A stretch of 43,029 bases of DNA from contig RDOE01000021.1 in assembly GCA_011364975.1 (NCBI GenBank), forward strand, positions 1-43,029, written 5' to 3'. The position numbers were made by a program, and so were the translations under genes. A model generated the notes under the pieces. That model saw nothing but the letters and a program-made list of their open reading frames with translations, was not told the DNA's origin and did not search any database. The stretch comes from Promethearchaeota archaeon (GTDB lineage Archaea > Asgardarchaeota > Lokiarchaeia > Sigyniarchaeales > SOKP01). The stretch's first letter is position 1. The number at the start of each line of letters is the position of its first letter. Positions 28,503-38,551 of this stretch are shown piece after piece.

Positions 28503-29966
28503 ATGAATAAAGATTTAAAGGACTTAATTGACTCAATAGACACATCAAATAAGACTCATTCAGATTTAGAAACGATGATTAAGTACTTGAAAGAAGAAGT
28601 TCAGAGGCTAAACTTTACTATAAATGAACAGAAACAAATTATTCAGGATCAAAATCTAAAACTTAGTAAAATAGATAATACAAATATACCAGAAGATATG
28701 GTGTTATTAAAAGAATTAGTACATACTCAACGTCAAGAAATTGTAAAGAAAGATAAGGATATTGAGATTCTCCAGCGAACCATTGAAGAAGTTTCCTTGG
28801 AATTAAATAAAATGGAAGATTATGAGGGGGAAAATGAGGAATTAATTTATGCTCAAAAAATAATTGTCCAACTGACTGACGAAAACCAAATTCTCAAAGA
28901 TAAAAATGAATTGTTAAACAATGAAATGAAAGAGCTACATAGTCAAATTAATCTAAAAAAGCAAGAAATTTTTGATGAGAATCAAGAATTGATTGATGCT
29001 AATAAATTAACATTTCAATTAAAGGAAGAAACAGAGGTTAATAAAGTTAGAATAGAATCATTAATGAAGGAAAATGAAGCGTTAAAAGCTGACTTAAATG
29101 AAACTACAAGCATTCAGAAGGATCTCAGCAAAGAATTAGAAGAATCAGAAAAATTAATCGACCAATTAACTTTTGATAACGATCAAATGCAAGAGAAAAT
29201 TAATTTTCTTCAGCAAAAATTAGAAATTACTGGAAAAGAGCAAAAGTATGAGGATAATGTCTCTACAAAAACTCAGCAAGAAGAAACTTATCAAAAACAA
29301 TTGCAAAAATATGAAGAGGAGATTTTAGAATTAAAAAATATCATCAATTCTAATATCTCAATTATGGAAAACCTTCAACAGAAAAATTTTGGGATTCAAT
29401 CAAAATTGGATCAAGAAACTGTAATCAGGGAACAAAAAAGTAATGAGTTTACAAAGTTAATAGCTGAAAAAGAACGCGAATTAGAGCATATTAATCTCAA
29501 ATTACATAAAATACAAAATTCTAATAAAAAATTGAGTGATTTAATAGTAGAATTAAAATTGAAAGAAATAACAACCCCAGAAGAACCAAAACTTAAAGTT
29601 ACTAGCAAAAATGGTTATAGTAATAAAATTCCTAATAGTATTTTCTTTAAAATGTATAATAAATTAGATGAAGAGGCAAAAAATTATATTATTGACCAGC
29701 TTATTAATGATCTACAAAGATCTGAAAGGGATTTAAAAATTAATGCAATCAAAATTCTAAGTTTTATTAAAAGTAAGAAAGTTTTCGATGCTTTAATAAA
29801 CTTAAAAAACGATAACGATTGGATTGTAAAATTATATCTAATAAAAGTTTTAAACCAATTTAAAGATTTGAGCATAGAAAATACATTAAAGTTTCTTCAA
29901 AAGGATATTGATAATGATGTTCGAGAAGCAGCCACTGAATTGCTCTTGAAGTTAAATCTTAAATAA
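28503..29966 (+). CDS. Long coiled-coil protein with C-terminal HEAT-like repeats
   Basis: About 350 aa of heptad-rich sequence with ~49-aa periodicity, then LINDL...KINAIKIL / LINLKND.DWIVK...IKVL / LKFLQKD.D.DVREAA. Confidence 0.82.
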   Translation: MNKDLKDLIDSIDTSNKTHSDLETMIKYLKEEVQRLNFTINEQKQIIQDQNLKLSKIDNTNIPEDMVLLKELVHTQRQEIVKKDKDIEILQRTIEEVSLELNKMEDYEGENEELIYAQKIIVQLTDENQILKDKNELLNNEMKELHSQINLKKQEIFDENQELIDANKLTFQLKEETEVNKVRIESLMKENEALKADLNETTSIQKDLSKELEESEKLIDQLTFDNDQMQEKINFLQQKLEITGKEQKYEDNVSTKTQQEETYQKQLQKYEEEILELKNIINSNISIMENLQQKNFGIQSKLDQETVIREQKSNEFTKLIAEKERELEHINLKLHKIQNSNKKLSDLIVELKLKEITTPEEPKLKVTSKNGYSNKIPNSIFFKMYNKLDEEAKNYIIDQLINDLQRSERDLKINAIKILSFIKSKKVFDALINLKNDNDWIVKLYLIKVLNQFKDLSIENTLKFLQKDIDNDVREAATELLLKLNLK

Positions 29967-30166
29967 AAATCTACACTTTTTAGACTTTTACCCTAGATTA
30001 TCAAATTTTTCTTTCAATTTCAAATACTTTTAACGAGTTTTATATTTAAATATACTAACCAGTTAATACTTTTTATGAAAAAAAATTAATAAATGACTAA
30101 ATTACCGAATAATTAATAACTCGGTTTCGGTATTTTTATAGTTTTAAGTTAAAAATTATAACTTAA

Positions 30167-30442
30167 TTGGTAGTTAAGATTATTATGGTTAGAGAGTTAA
30201 CTCCAAATCGATGGAATTGGTCACAAGAACATCAACAATGGGTTTATATCGAGATTGATAAAGAGGGGAGAAAAATTGATTATTTTCAGACTGAACCCCC
30301 TAAAGAGTTTAATGAATTAACTTATCAAATTAAAATTTTAAATGACAAACTTCTAGTATGTAATAATTCTGAAGAGAATGATAGAATCTTCAATAAAATG
30401 ATTAAAATTTCCAAAAGAATGCAATCTATGAGAAAAAAATAG
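30167..30442 (+). CDS. Hypothetical protein
   Basis: ORF with a W-rich N-terminal segment (WNWSQEHQQWVY); likely start is the ATG at 30185. Confidence 0.6.
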   Translation: MVVKIIMVRELTPNRWNWSQEHQQWVYIEIDKEGRKIDYFQTEPPKEFNELTYQIKILNDKLLVCNNSEENDRIFNKMIKISKRMQSMRKK

Positions 30443-30450
30443 CTCATTCC

Positions 30451-31206
30451 TCATGCTTCACTATTAGAAAATTCTTTAACTTTCTCTTTTGATAATTTGT
30501 GTGCAAGATACAAAGCATTAGGTTGTCTTTTATTCGTTGTCAACCTTAGGGCGATGTCTATCGCTAAATCAATTGCAATTTTATAACCAACACTAATAAA
30601 AACCGGTTTCCTATCATCTGCTAAACAGATACTATAGCCGATAATTTCATTTTCTATTGAATCTTCATATGGACCCCTGTTCCAAATAGGTGTTCTAATT
30701 CCCTTTTTCCGTTCTAATGTTTTATAATCATAATAGCCAATATAGGGGGTTTTTGCAACACCCATAGAAGGAATATTCAAAGCTAAACCTAAATGAACAG
30801 CCTCTCCAAAACATCTTGGGTGAATAATGCCATGACCATCACAAATTAGCAAATCTGGTTTTAATTTACTATTTTTTAAAGCAAAACTTATCACTCTGGA
30901 TTCTCGAAATCCTAAATATCCTGTTTTATAAGGAAAATTGATTTCGATCTTGGCATAAGATGATTCAATATACTTATGTTGTTGCTGATCCCAAAATACA
31001 GCACAACCAATTCCCCATTCTTTTCCATTTTTAATATAGTAGGAGACATCTGCAGCGGTTATAATATTAATATCTCCCTTACGTATTTGGTATTTAGGAT
31101 CTGAATTAATTTTAGATGTTATTTCACTATATTTTGTTTGTAATTCTTTAGCCTTCTCAAAAGTTATATAATCTTGTAATAACTCTTTTGAAATTATTCT
31201 TTTCAT
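30451..31206 (-). CDS. nfi: Endonuclease V (deoxyinosine 3' endonuclease)
   Basis: ADVSY, FPY..GYL.FRE, DGHG..HPR..G.A.HLG, GVAK, PVFISVG. Confidence 0.93.
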   Translation of the reverse strand: MKRIISKELLQDYITFEKAKELQTKYSEITSKINSDPKYQIRKGDINIITAADVSYYIKNGKEWGIGCAVFWDQQQHKYIESSYAKIEINFPYKTGYLGFRESRVISFALKNSKLKPDLLICDGHGIIHPRCFGEAVHLGLALNIPSMGVAKTPYIGYYDYKTLERKKGIRTPIWNRGPYEDSIENEIIGYSICLADDRKPVFISVGYKIAIDLAIDIALRLTTNKRQPNALYLAHKLSKEKVKEFSNSEA

Positions 31207-31380
31207 TTCAAATTAAAAGTAATATTGCAAAATTATTTTTCAAATAATATATCATAAATTATTAGTAAGATTTCTTATTAAAATTAAATAATCCAAAACA
31301 TAATTTTACTAATTCTAATCTAAACATTTAATTCTTGTTCATTAATATTAAACTAAAGATAAAATGTTTCTGTTAAAACC

Positions 31381-32184
31381 ATGAAAATAGCAGTCTCTGG
31401 TAAGGGTGGTGTGGGAAAAACTTTAGTTGCTGGAACGTTAGCACGATTATTTGCGAAAGATGGGTTCAAAGTCCTTGCAATTGATAATGATTCTGCGATG
31501 AATTTAAGTTATACATTAGGGATCGATGAAGATGTGAAATCCAAAATTGTACCCATTTCTGAAATGAAAAGTATGATTGAAGAACGTACAATTGTTCCAG
31601 GAGCAGGTTCTGGAGTATATAATATAAATCCCGAAGTAGCAGATATTCCTGATAAATATAAAGTTGCCGGACCTAATGGATTACAATTACTTGTGTTAGG
31701 AGGTATTGAAGAACCTGCAACTGGCTGTTTATGTCCTGAAAATGCGTTGATTAGAACCTTGCTTTATAATTTATTTGTTAAAAGAGATGAAGTAGTCATT
31801 GTTGACTTTGAAGCAGGATTAGAGCATTTAGGGCGAGGGACTGCAAAAGGAATTGATGTAATGTTAGTGATTACTGAGCCATCTCAAAAATCTTTAGATT
31901 TATGTTCAAAAATAATTAAATTATCTAAAAAGCTAGGAATTATTAATATCTATTTAGTTGCGAATAAAATAATTGACGATTCTCAACTTTCAATAATATA
32001 TGAGAAAATTAAATCGTGGAATGTCCCTCTCTACCATTCTATTCCTTACGATAAAGAAGTAGGAAATGCGGATCTAAGTGGAAGTTCCCCTATTGATCAC
32101 AATTCGAATTCAGAAGCAATGGTATCAATCATGTCGCTTTATGGGAAATTAAAAAAGTTGAAAAGCGAAGTATTTGATTTATAA
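31381..32184 (+). CDS. cooC: CooC/AcsF-type nickel-insertion ATPase
   Basis: MKIAVSGKGGVGKT, GCLCPEN (CxC Ni site), DFEAGLEHLGRGT. Confidence 0.9.
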   Translation: MKIAVSGKGGVGKTLVAGTLARLFAKDGFKVLAIDNDSAMNLSYTLGIDEDVKSKIVPISEMKSMIEERTIVPGAGSGVYNINPEVADIPDKYKVAGPNGLQLLVLGGIEEPATGCLCPENALIRTLLYNLFVKRDEVVIVDFEAGLEHLGRGTAKGIDVMLVITEPSQKSLDLCSKIIKLSKKLGIINIYLVANKIIDDSQLSIIYEKIKSWNVPLYHSIPYDKEVGNADLSGSSPIDHNSNSEAMVSIMSLYGKLKKLKSEVFDL

Positions 32185-32335
32185 ACTTAATTCTAATCTA
32201 TTCGATGTCTTTTTTATATCATTTATAAGCTCTATATAGTCTATATAGTTGAGTCATTAATAACTAGATTTATAGAATTAGATTGGGAAAAACCCAAATA
32301 ATATTAAATTAGAGAGAAAGAGGGATGAAAATAAT

Positions 32336-32518
32336 ATGGTTCAGAAAAAAGAAAATTTATTAGTTTTAGGAATGTATTCTCTCATTATTGCTTTTATATT
32401 AGAAATGTTTGGTGAATCCTATGTTTTTCTTGATATAATTATATTATTCTTTCTGGGAATCGCAATAATTTCGAATGCGAGATATGTAGTTTTAGCAACT
32501 GTAGATAAGAAGAAATAG
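32336..32518 (+). CDS. Small 2-TM membrane protein
   Basis: Two hydrophobic helices, ATG start, purine-rich upstream sequence. Confidence 0.6.
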   Translation: MVQKKENLLVLGMYSLIIAFILEMFGESYVFLDIIILFFLGIAIISNARYVVLATVDKKK

Positions 32519-32549
32519 GTTTTAAAACAATTATAATTATTAAAATAGT

Positions 32550-32798
32550 TTATAACATATCTGATAAATCAAGATTTTGTTCTTCTGCTAGCTCTTTCCA
32601 TTGATCTATTGCTTCTAGAGCCTCCTTTTCGTTCATTTGCTCAATTGCATATCCCGCATGAACTATAACATAATTACCAACTTCAGGATTCAATAATAAA
32701 GCAACAATTACCTCTTGCTTTAATCCATCAAAATCGACTAAAGCAGTTTTTCTATCATTTTTAATTTCTAATATTTTCCCTGGTATTGCTAGACACAT
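32550..32798 (-). CDS. hypC: Hydrogenase maturation chaperone HypC
   Basis: MCLAIPG N-terminus, VG.YVIVHAGYAI. Confidence 0.95.
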   Translation of the reverse strand: MCLAIPGKILEIKNDRKTALVDFDGLKQEVIVALLLNPEVGNYVIVHAGYAIEQMNEKEALEAIDQWKELAEEQNLDLSDML

Positions 32799-33042
32799 GC
32801 TTTTAGAGAGGTATCTTTATATGTATGAGTTTTATAATTTTCTAAAATAAAAAAAAGTATTTATTATATTTCTAAACTAAAATAATAATTCTTCTAAATT
32901 AGTTACTTAATTAATTTAACGTACTTATAAAATTCTTTGTACCATCAAAATTTAGTTTTTCTAATAAGAACTCTTAAAAGTAAGATAAGCATAGTTAATC
33001 ATGAAATTATTAATCAAAATGTTATATACTTGAGGGTAAAGA

Positions 33043-33444
33043 ATGACTAATTATATTGAAAATTTAGTGAGAGGGCTTCCTGGAGAGGCTCTTGTTATTG
33101 TTGCTTTTGCTGAGGCATTCATCAAACAAAATCTGGCAAGTATATCTAATGAACTTTTACCTGTCTATGGTATTATAGTATTGATTTCGGTGTTTATTAT
33201 GACATTTATTTTGAAATATTTTGCGACAGGTATTGTTAAATTTGATGGATTTAAGGTAAATAATTCAACATTAACAGGCTTAATTTTTACATTAATCGTC
33301 TCATTTCAAGCAGTATGTTATAGTTTAGTCGTAGTTGGTAGTTATATCATCTCAGATCCGAACATTCTTTTGTTAGTGATTTTTATAAGCATTATCATAG
33401 GGCTTATACTTAGTACTGCTGCGACAATATTTCCTAAATCCTAA
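33043..33444 (+). CDS. Hypothetical membrane protein
   Basis: About 4 hydrophobic helices; ATG preceded by GAGGG; T-tract after the stop. Confidence 0.65.
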   Translation: MTNYIENLVRGLPGEALVIVAFAEAFIKQNLASISNELLPVYGIIVLISVFIMTFILKYFATGIVKFDGFKVNNSTLTGLIFTLIVSFQAVCYSLVVVGSYIISDPNILLLVIFISIIIGLILSTAATIFPKS

Positions 33445-33555
33445 TTTTTTTTATTTTAATAATTCTAATTTTGAGAAAGTAAATTCTATCCTAAAATTAA
33501 TATATATTATTTCGCCATTATCTATTCAAAGAAGTTAAAAGGAAATGATCTTACT

Positions 33556-34500
33556 TTGGAGTATTTAGAGAAACATTCTACTGAAATGCATAAAATATTA
33601 TTTACTGGTCTTGATACTGCAGGCAAATCGAGTATTATATACGCACTTAAAAGAGAATTTTCTCAAATAATAAATATTGAACCAACTAAAGGCATATCCA
33701 GAAGGATTTATAGGTTACTTGACAATGAAATAAGTGAATGGGATTTAGGAGGTCAAGAAAAATATCGTATCTCTTATCTGAAAAACCCAAATGTATATTT
33801 TGACGGAACAGAAGTTGCAATTTATGTCATTGATGTCTTAAATAATGCCAGAATATCTGAATCCTTGAGTTACTTAAAAGATGTGCTTTATCAATTTAAT
33901 ACATTAAAAATAAAGCCACCAATTAATGTTCTTTTTCATAAATGCGATCCTAATATAATTAGGAGTAAAGCTAATGAGATCGATAATACAATTGAAGATC
34001 TAACTAAACAAATTAAGGAGATCGCTAAAAATAGTGAACTGCACTTTTTCAGAACATCAATTTTTGATTTATATTCAATAATGAGTACTATATCTGAAAT
34101 TTTATTGCAACTTTACCCTAAAGCTCAGCTCGTTCAAAAAGCAATTAAAGAATTCGCTAAAAAATTAAATTGTCAAGGATTATTGATTATTGATAATAAT
34201 TCAATTATTATAGGCTCCTTTTTTGAAAATGATTCGGCTAAATTTCTTCTTCAAGAAAGCATCCAATATTTTTTGACACTGAATGATTGCTTTCTTAAAT
34301 TAGGAAAGAGTGATGAAGATGATCAGATTCTAGCTCAAAAATTAGGCTATCACTTCCTATTTAAATCTATATTGTTGAAAGAAGGCGATTCTCCTTATCA
34401 TTTCTCAATAATAAAAGAGCATAATCCCTATGAGTTATATTTTATTAAGAATGAAATTCAAACCTTTGTTGAACGATTAATTGATATAATTAAAAGATAA
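33556..34500 (+). CDS. Rag/Arf-like small GTPase with C-terminal roadblock/longin-like domain
   Basis: GLDTAGKSS, PT.G, WDLGGQ, HKCD (Rag-type G4), RTSIFD; C-terminal helix-GLLIIDNNSIIIGS pattern; the start may be the ATG at 33586. Confidence 0.85.
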   Translation: MEYLEKHSTEMHKILFTGLDTAGKSSIIYALKREFSQIINIEPTKGISRRIYRLLDNEISEWDLGGQEKYRISYLKNPNVYFDGTEVAIYVIDVLNNARISESLSYLKDVLYQFNTLKIKPPINVLFHKCDPNIIRSKANEIDNTIEDLTKQIKEIAKNSELHFFRTSIFDLYSIMSTISEILLQLYPKAQLVQKAIKEFAKKLNCQGLLIIDNNSIIIGSFFENDSAKFLLQESIQYFLTLNDCFLKLGKSDEDDQILAQKLGYHFLFKSILLKEGDSPYHFSIIKEHNPYELYFIKNEIQTFVERLIDIIKR

Positions 34501-34725
34501 TAGCATTACTGGGAATTATTTTTTTTTATCTTGAAAAGATCATACTTTTTTCAAAATATCAATACTTTTTTGGAGAAATTCTTTTACAGGGTAAAAAATA
34601 TTTTACTTTATGTTTTTTGATCTAATTAGGAGTATTTTTTTTCTTAATTATTACGAAAGAAGTGTTTTTATATTCTTTTAAATTTTAATTAAGAAAAGAG
34701 CTCAAAAACTTAGAGAATATAAGAA

Positions 34726-35490
34726 TTGGTATCAATGGCTGTCGAACCTAGATTAGCTGCTACTGTGGTTTTATTACGTAAACGTGTCCCTGATTCCGAA
34801 TCTAATGATGATTGCGAATTTGAAGTTTTTATGGTTAAAAGACATAGCAATGCAAGATTCATGAGTGAACATCATGTATTTCCTGGTGGTGCCATTGATA
34901 AACAAGATATAATCAATGATTCAAAAGAAAGGTTAATTGGTCTTGATAATTCTATCATTGATAATCTAAAAGAAGTTCACGAAGATCCTTCTATTCTTTG
35001 GATAATCGCAATTCGCGAGCTCTTTGAAGAAACCGGGATTTTAATAGCACGTAGTGAAGAAGGAAATTCATTAGAAAAAAAAGCCAAAAAATTAATGAAA
35101 TATCAAAAAAAACTTCAGAAAAAACGAAAAACTATGACTGAGATTTTAACGAAGGAAAATCTATATTATTATGCGAACAATTTAAAGTATTTTGGAAGAT
35201 TTATCACTCCTGAGGCTTCTCCCATTCGTTTTGATACACAATTTTTTCTATGTGAGTTTCCTCATGATCAAAGTATTAATTTGTTTTACGATGAACTAAC
35301 TGAAGGAATTTGGGGTTCTCCTTCGCAATTTATAAAGAAATTTAAAAAAGGACAGATTAAATTGATTTTCCCTCAATACTTAACGCTCAAACGTCTTAGA
35401 AAATTTAAGACTATTGAAGAAGTATATGAGCACTCTAAAGAGGTTTCTAGTCATAATCGATTGAAAGATATGAAATTGCAATTTAATTAA
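34726..35490 (+). CDS. NUDIX hydrolase (NUDT19/acyl-CoA diphosphatase-like)
   Basis: AATVVLLR, VFPGG.ID, AIRELFEETG split Nudix box, ITP....RFDT.FF. Confidence 0.88.
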   Translation: MVSMAVEPRLAATVVLLRKRVPDSESNDDCEFEVFMVKRHSNARFMSEHHVFPGGAIDKQDIINDSKERLIGLDNSIIDNLKEVHEDPSILWIIAIRELFEETGILIARSEEGNSLEKKAKKLMKYQKKLQKKRKTMTEILTKENLYYYANNLKYFGRFITPEASPIRFDTQFFLCEFPHDQSINLFYDELTEGIWGSPSQFIKKFKKGQIKLIFPQYLTLKRLRKFKTIEEVYEHSKEVSSHNRLKDMKLQFN

Positions 35491-35553
35491 GGAAAGTCAC
35501 AAGTTTTTCTTTAAGATAAACTTTAATTTAATTAAATTAAAATGTGAATAAAT

Positions 35554-36114
35554 TTGATATTAAAAAAGTTAACAGAACAACCTAAAAGTTATATATTACT
35601 ATTAACTGCGATAATAGGCTTTGTTATATTTCTTTTAATCAACCAACTAATTTTTGCACCGCTAACTCAAGCTGTACCCACCTATGGAATCCTAGATTTT
35701 GAATTTGCTTGGGTTCCAGAGCAAGTTTTAATAATTTTTTCTGTTTGGGGACCTTCTGGAATGGAAGCGCAAGCTTTTGGGATTTATTGGGATTTTCTAT
35801 ATATCGTTGGCTATGGAATCTTTATCTTTTCATGCATTTTACTTGTATCTAGAGGGTTAGATGGTAGATTTCAGTCATTTGGCCTTTGGATGAGTTTAAC
35901 ACCTCTCATCAGCGGAATCTTTGATGTTATTGAGAATATCAACTTACTAATACTAATAAATACAGCACCAACCTTGCCTTCTTTTGCTCCATTTATTGCT
36001 TCCTTATCTGCTTGTATTAAATTTGGATTACTTATTCTAGGAATTATATATTTCTTTATAGGTTTAGTGCTTTTTATAACCAAGTGGTTTAAGAAAAAGA
36101 ATAAGCTAAATTAA
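35554..36114 (+). CDS. Hypothetical membrane protein
   Basis: 4-5 TM helices with DFLYI..Y and FD.IEN motifs. Confidence 0.7.
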   Translation: MILKKLTEQPKSYILLLTAIIGFVIFLLINQLIFAPLTQAVPTYGILDFEFAWVPEQVLIIFSVWGPSGMEAQAFGIYWDFLYIVGYGIFIFSCILLVSRGLDGRFQSFGLWMSLTPLISGIFDVIENINLLILINTAPTLPSFAPFIASLSACIKFGLLILGIIYFFIGLVLFITKWFKKKNKLN

Positions 36115-36133
36115 TAATAACAACTATTTTTTT

Positions 36134-36922
36134 TTATTCTTTAGCTGAATAGAAATCGATGAGATTATCAATCCAATTAAAAATCTCTTCCTTTGTCAAA
36201 TGATCAATATTAAATTTAAGTCGTTCCAATTCCCTTAATAAAGCATTCATATCTAAAGGGATTGATCTTTGGCACAACTCAAATAAGAGTTCATTCGTTT
36301 TGGATACAAGGGATTTAATGTTTGGAACAATAGGTTCTATATCTGGGAGATTCTCAAGGCGGACTAAAATATTGATCAAGGTAAAAACAAATTCCGTTTT
36401 ATTTCCCTTAAAACTAATATCAAAATGATAATGATATCCTCCATAAGCATCCATTGGAACTATTTCATTATATCGATTCGAAATCCGAATTACAGACTTT
36501 ATATTTTTGAAAAGGATAGAGGGGGACCATGCAAAAATCTGATAACTTGATTGAACATCTCCACTATGGATTGTCGGAATAAATCGATTCTCTTCTTTAA
36601 ACTGTCCGAATGGAATTATCACAAAATCCACAGAGTCTTGAGGCTTATAATCCTCTAAACTAATATATAAATTCTTTAAAGTGTGAATCACTTCCGTTCG
36701 ATGATCAATAATGTCAAACTCAAATTTATTCGCCTTCGGTTTATAAATATAGAAAATAAGACCATCAAACCCAGTAAAATCCAGGTCTAAAGAAAAATTT
36801 AAAGTGTTAATAGTTAAATCTTTGGTTTTAAATTTTATATCTAAAAACAAATGTGAAAAACTCTCTATATATTGAAAAAACCAAGGGGGATCTCGAGCAC
36901 CATCAAATGCAATCATATTCAA
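36134..36922 (-). CDS. Hypothetical protein
   Basis: 262-aa ATG ORF with GGGAG upstream; no recognised motif. Confidence 0.7.
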   Translation of the reverse strand: MNMIAFDGARDPPWFFQYIESFSHLFLDIKFKTKDLTINTLNFSLDLDFTGFDGLIFYIYKPKANKFEFDIIDHRTEVIHTLKNLYISLEDYKPQDSVDFVIIPFGQFKEENRFIPTIHSGDVQSSYQIFAWSPSILFKNIKSVIRISNRYNEIVPMDAYGGYHYHFDISFKGNKTEFVFTLINILVRLENLPDIEPIVPNIKSLVSKTNELLFELCQRSIPLDMNALLRELERLKFNIDHLTKEEIFNWIDNLIDFYSAKE

Positions 36923-37121
36923 TTAACTCCCAGAATTATTCTCTACCGATTATATATCCTTTCTGTATTTAAATGGAAAGAGACTTACTATTAAAATTTA
37001 AGCTACCCAGTATTTTAATTTTTTGAATACACGAAATATCAACAAATTATACGTTAAAAACAATAATAATAAGAAAAAATAAAAAAAATAAATTAAGAGT
37101 TGTATAATTATATGGTTATTC

Positions 37122-37979
37122 CTATAACTCTTTTTTCATGCGAGTTCTGTGAAATTTTAACCCGATCTCATCAGCAGATGTTCCCATAGCTAATGCTAAC
37201 AATTCTGTGATATATAAGACAGGAATTTCATAATCTTTTTCGTATTTTTTGGATAAATCCCTTTGTCTTGTATCGAATTGTTGAAAGCAGGCAGGACAGT
37301 TAACAACTAACACATCAGCACCTACTTTAGCAATGCTATCCATTTTGATTTTTAGGTTTGCCATACCATGCTCTTCATAAGCATTGGTAACTGCTGAGCC
37401 ACAGCATAAAACTTCCTCCTCATAATTAACTACAGTTGCACCAGTAGCAGCGACAATTTCCTTTAAGTTCTTTGGACGCATTACATCATCAGATTCCATC
37501 CATTCACCTGGGCGCATATAATGACATCCAGGATGGACCGCTACTTTTAGTCCACTTAGTGGTTTGGTAACTGATGCTTTAACCTTGTCCAAATTATCCT
37601 TTAATACATCTACAAAATGCTTTACATCAATTGAACCCTTGAATTCTTTACCAATTTTGGCTAATTCCTTGTTGATTCTATTCTTCTTAAGTGAATCATG
37701 TTTTAATTGATGCTGCACACCTCTAAGGGTGTTGGCACATCCGTTGCATAATGAGATAATATCTTTACCTTCTGCTTCTGCTAAACATAAATTGCGGGCA
37801 CCAATCGCTAACCAGGCTTCGTTATCGAAGCTTTTCATTCCCGTAGGGTCTGGACAACAACTAAATGGCGCTTGAGACGTTTCAATTCCAACCTTATCGA
37901 AAACTTTTCTTGAAGCAGCTTCTATAAACGGAATTCTGTTTCCAATAGTACATCCTTCAAACATTTTAAATTCTGTCAT
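37122..37979 (-). CDS. hdrB: Heterodisulfide reductase subunit B
   Basis: Two CCG domains: EGC, SCCP, LCNGC; HPGCH, CCG, NCPAC..QFD. Confidence 0.93.
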   Translation of the reverse strand: MTEFKMFEGCTIGNRIPFIEAASRKVFDKVGIETSQAPFSCCPDPTGMKSFDNEAWLAIGARNLCLAEAEGKDIISLCNGCANTLRGVQHQLKHDSLKKNRINKELAKIGKEFKGSIDVKHFVDVLKDNLDKVKASVTKPLSGLKVAVHPGCHYMRPGEWMESDDVMRPKNLKEIVAATGATVVNYEEEVLCCGSAVTNAYEEHGMANLKIKMDSIAKVGADVLVVNCPACFQQFDTRQRDLSKKYEKDYEIPVLYITELLALAMGTSADEIGLKFHRTRMKKEL

Positions 37980-37994
37980 TTTCTTCTTCCCTCC

Positions 37995-38501
37995 TTATTT
38001 TAGCTTTTTTTCAGCTCCAATATTTTTCATTAAGGTTTGCAATTCTCCAACATTAGGCTCTGCAACCGCAGGTAATCCTAATTGTTGTCGTCTTCGCTCA
38101 ATAGCAGGCTGTGAAGGAATCGCTTTAGAACTCTCGAAGATTGCTTTTGCTTGAGAATAAATAAATTCGGGCGCATTCCCTTGTTCCGCAGATTTATTCT
38201 TTAAAAATGTAAAAATCTCAGTCAACTCAATATGTTGAGGACATACTTCATCGCAGGTATCACATACAGTACAGCCCCAGATCGCCAATGGATCTTGAGA
38301 AAAGATCACATCTTTATACCCTAAAAGCGCAGCTAAGATATTCGCTCTTGGATCATAACCAGTTGTGGTATAAAAATCCTTGGATACAGCAGAAACTGGA
38401 CAATTATCTGTACATCTCGAACATTGATAGCAATATTTTATTAAATCAGAGCTCACATGCTTATCCATTACTTCCTTTCGGAATTCAAAATCAACCATCA
38501 T
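37995..38501 (-). CDS. hdrC: Heterodisulfide reductase subunit C
   Basis: CYQCSRCTDNCP and WGCTVCDTCDEVCP (2x[4Fe-4S]); directly upstream of hdrB. Confidence 0.92.
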   Translation of the reverse strand: MMVDFEFRKEVMDKHVSSDLIKYCYQCSRCTDNCPVSAVSKDFYTTTGYDPRANILAALLGYKDVIFSQDPLAIWGCTVCDTCDEVCPQHIELTEIFTFLKNKSAEQGNAPEFIYSQAKAIFESSKAIPSQPAIERRRQQLGLPAVAEPNVGELQTLMKNIGAEKKLK

Positions 38502-38551
38502 GTTTTATTCACATTTTCCGATTTTTCATTCATTTTTCTTTTACATATATA

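Noticed and set aside
28503-29966. SMC/Rad50 annotation for the coiled-coil protein
   Set aside because: No Walker A/B, signature or hinge/zinc-hook motifs
32231-32248. Tandem TCTATATAG x2 palindromic repeat
   Set aside because: Short, AT-rich, two copies only; compatible with chance
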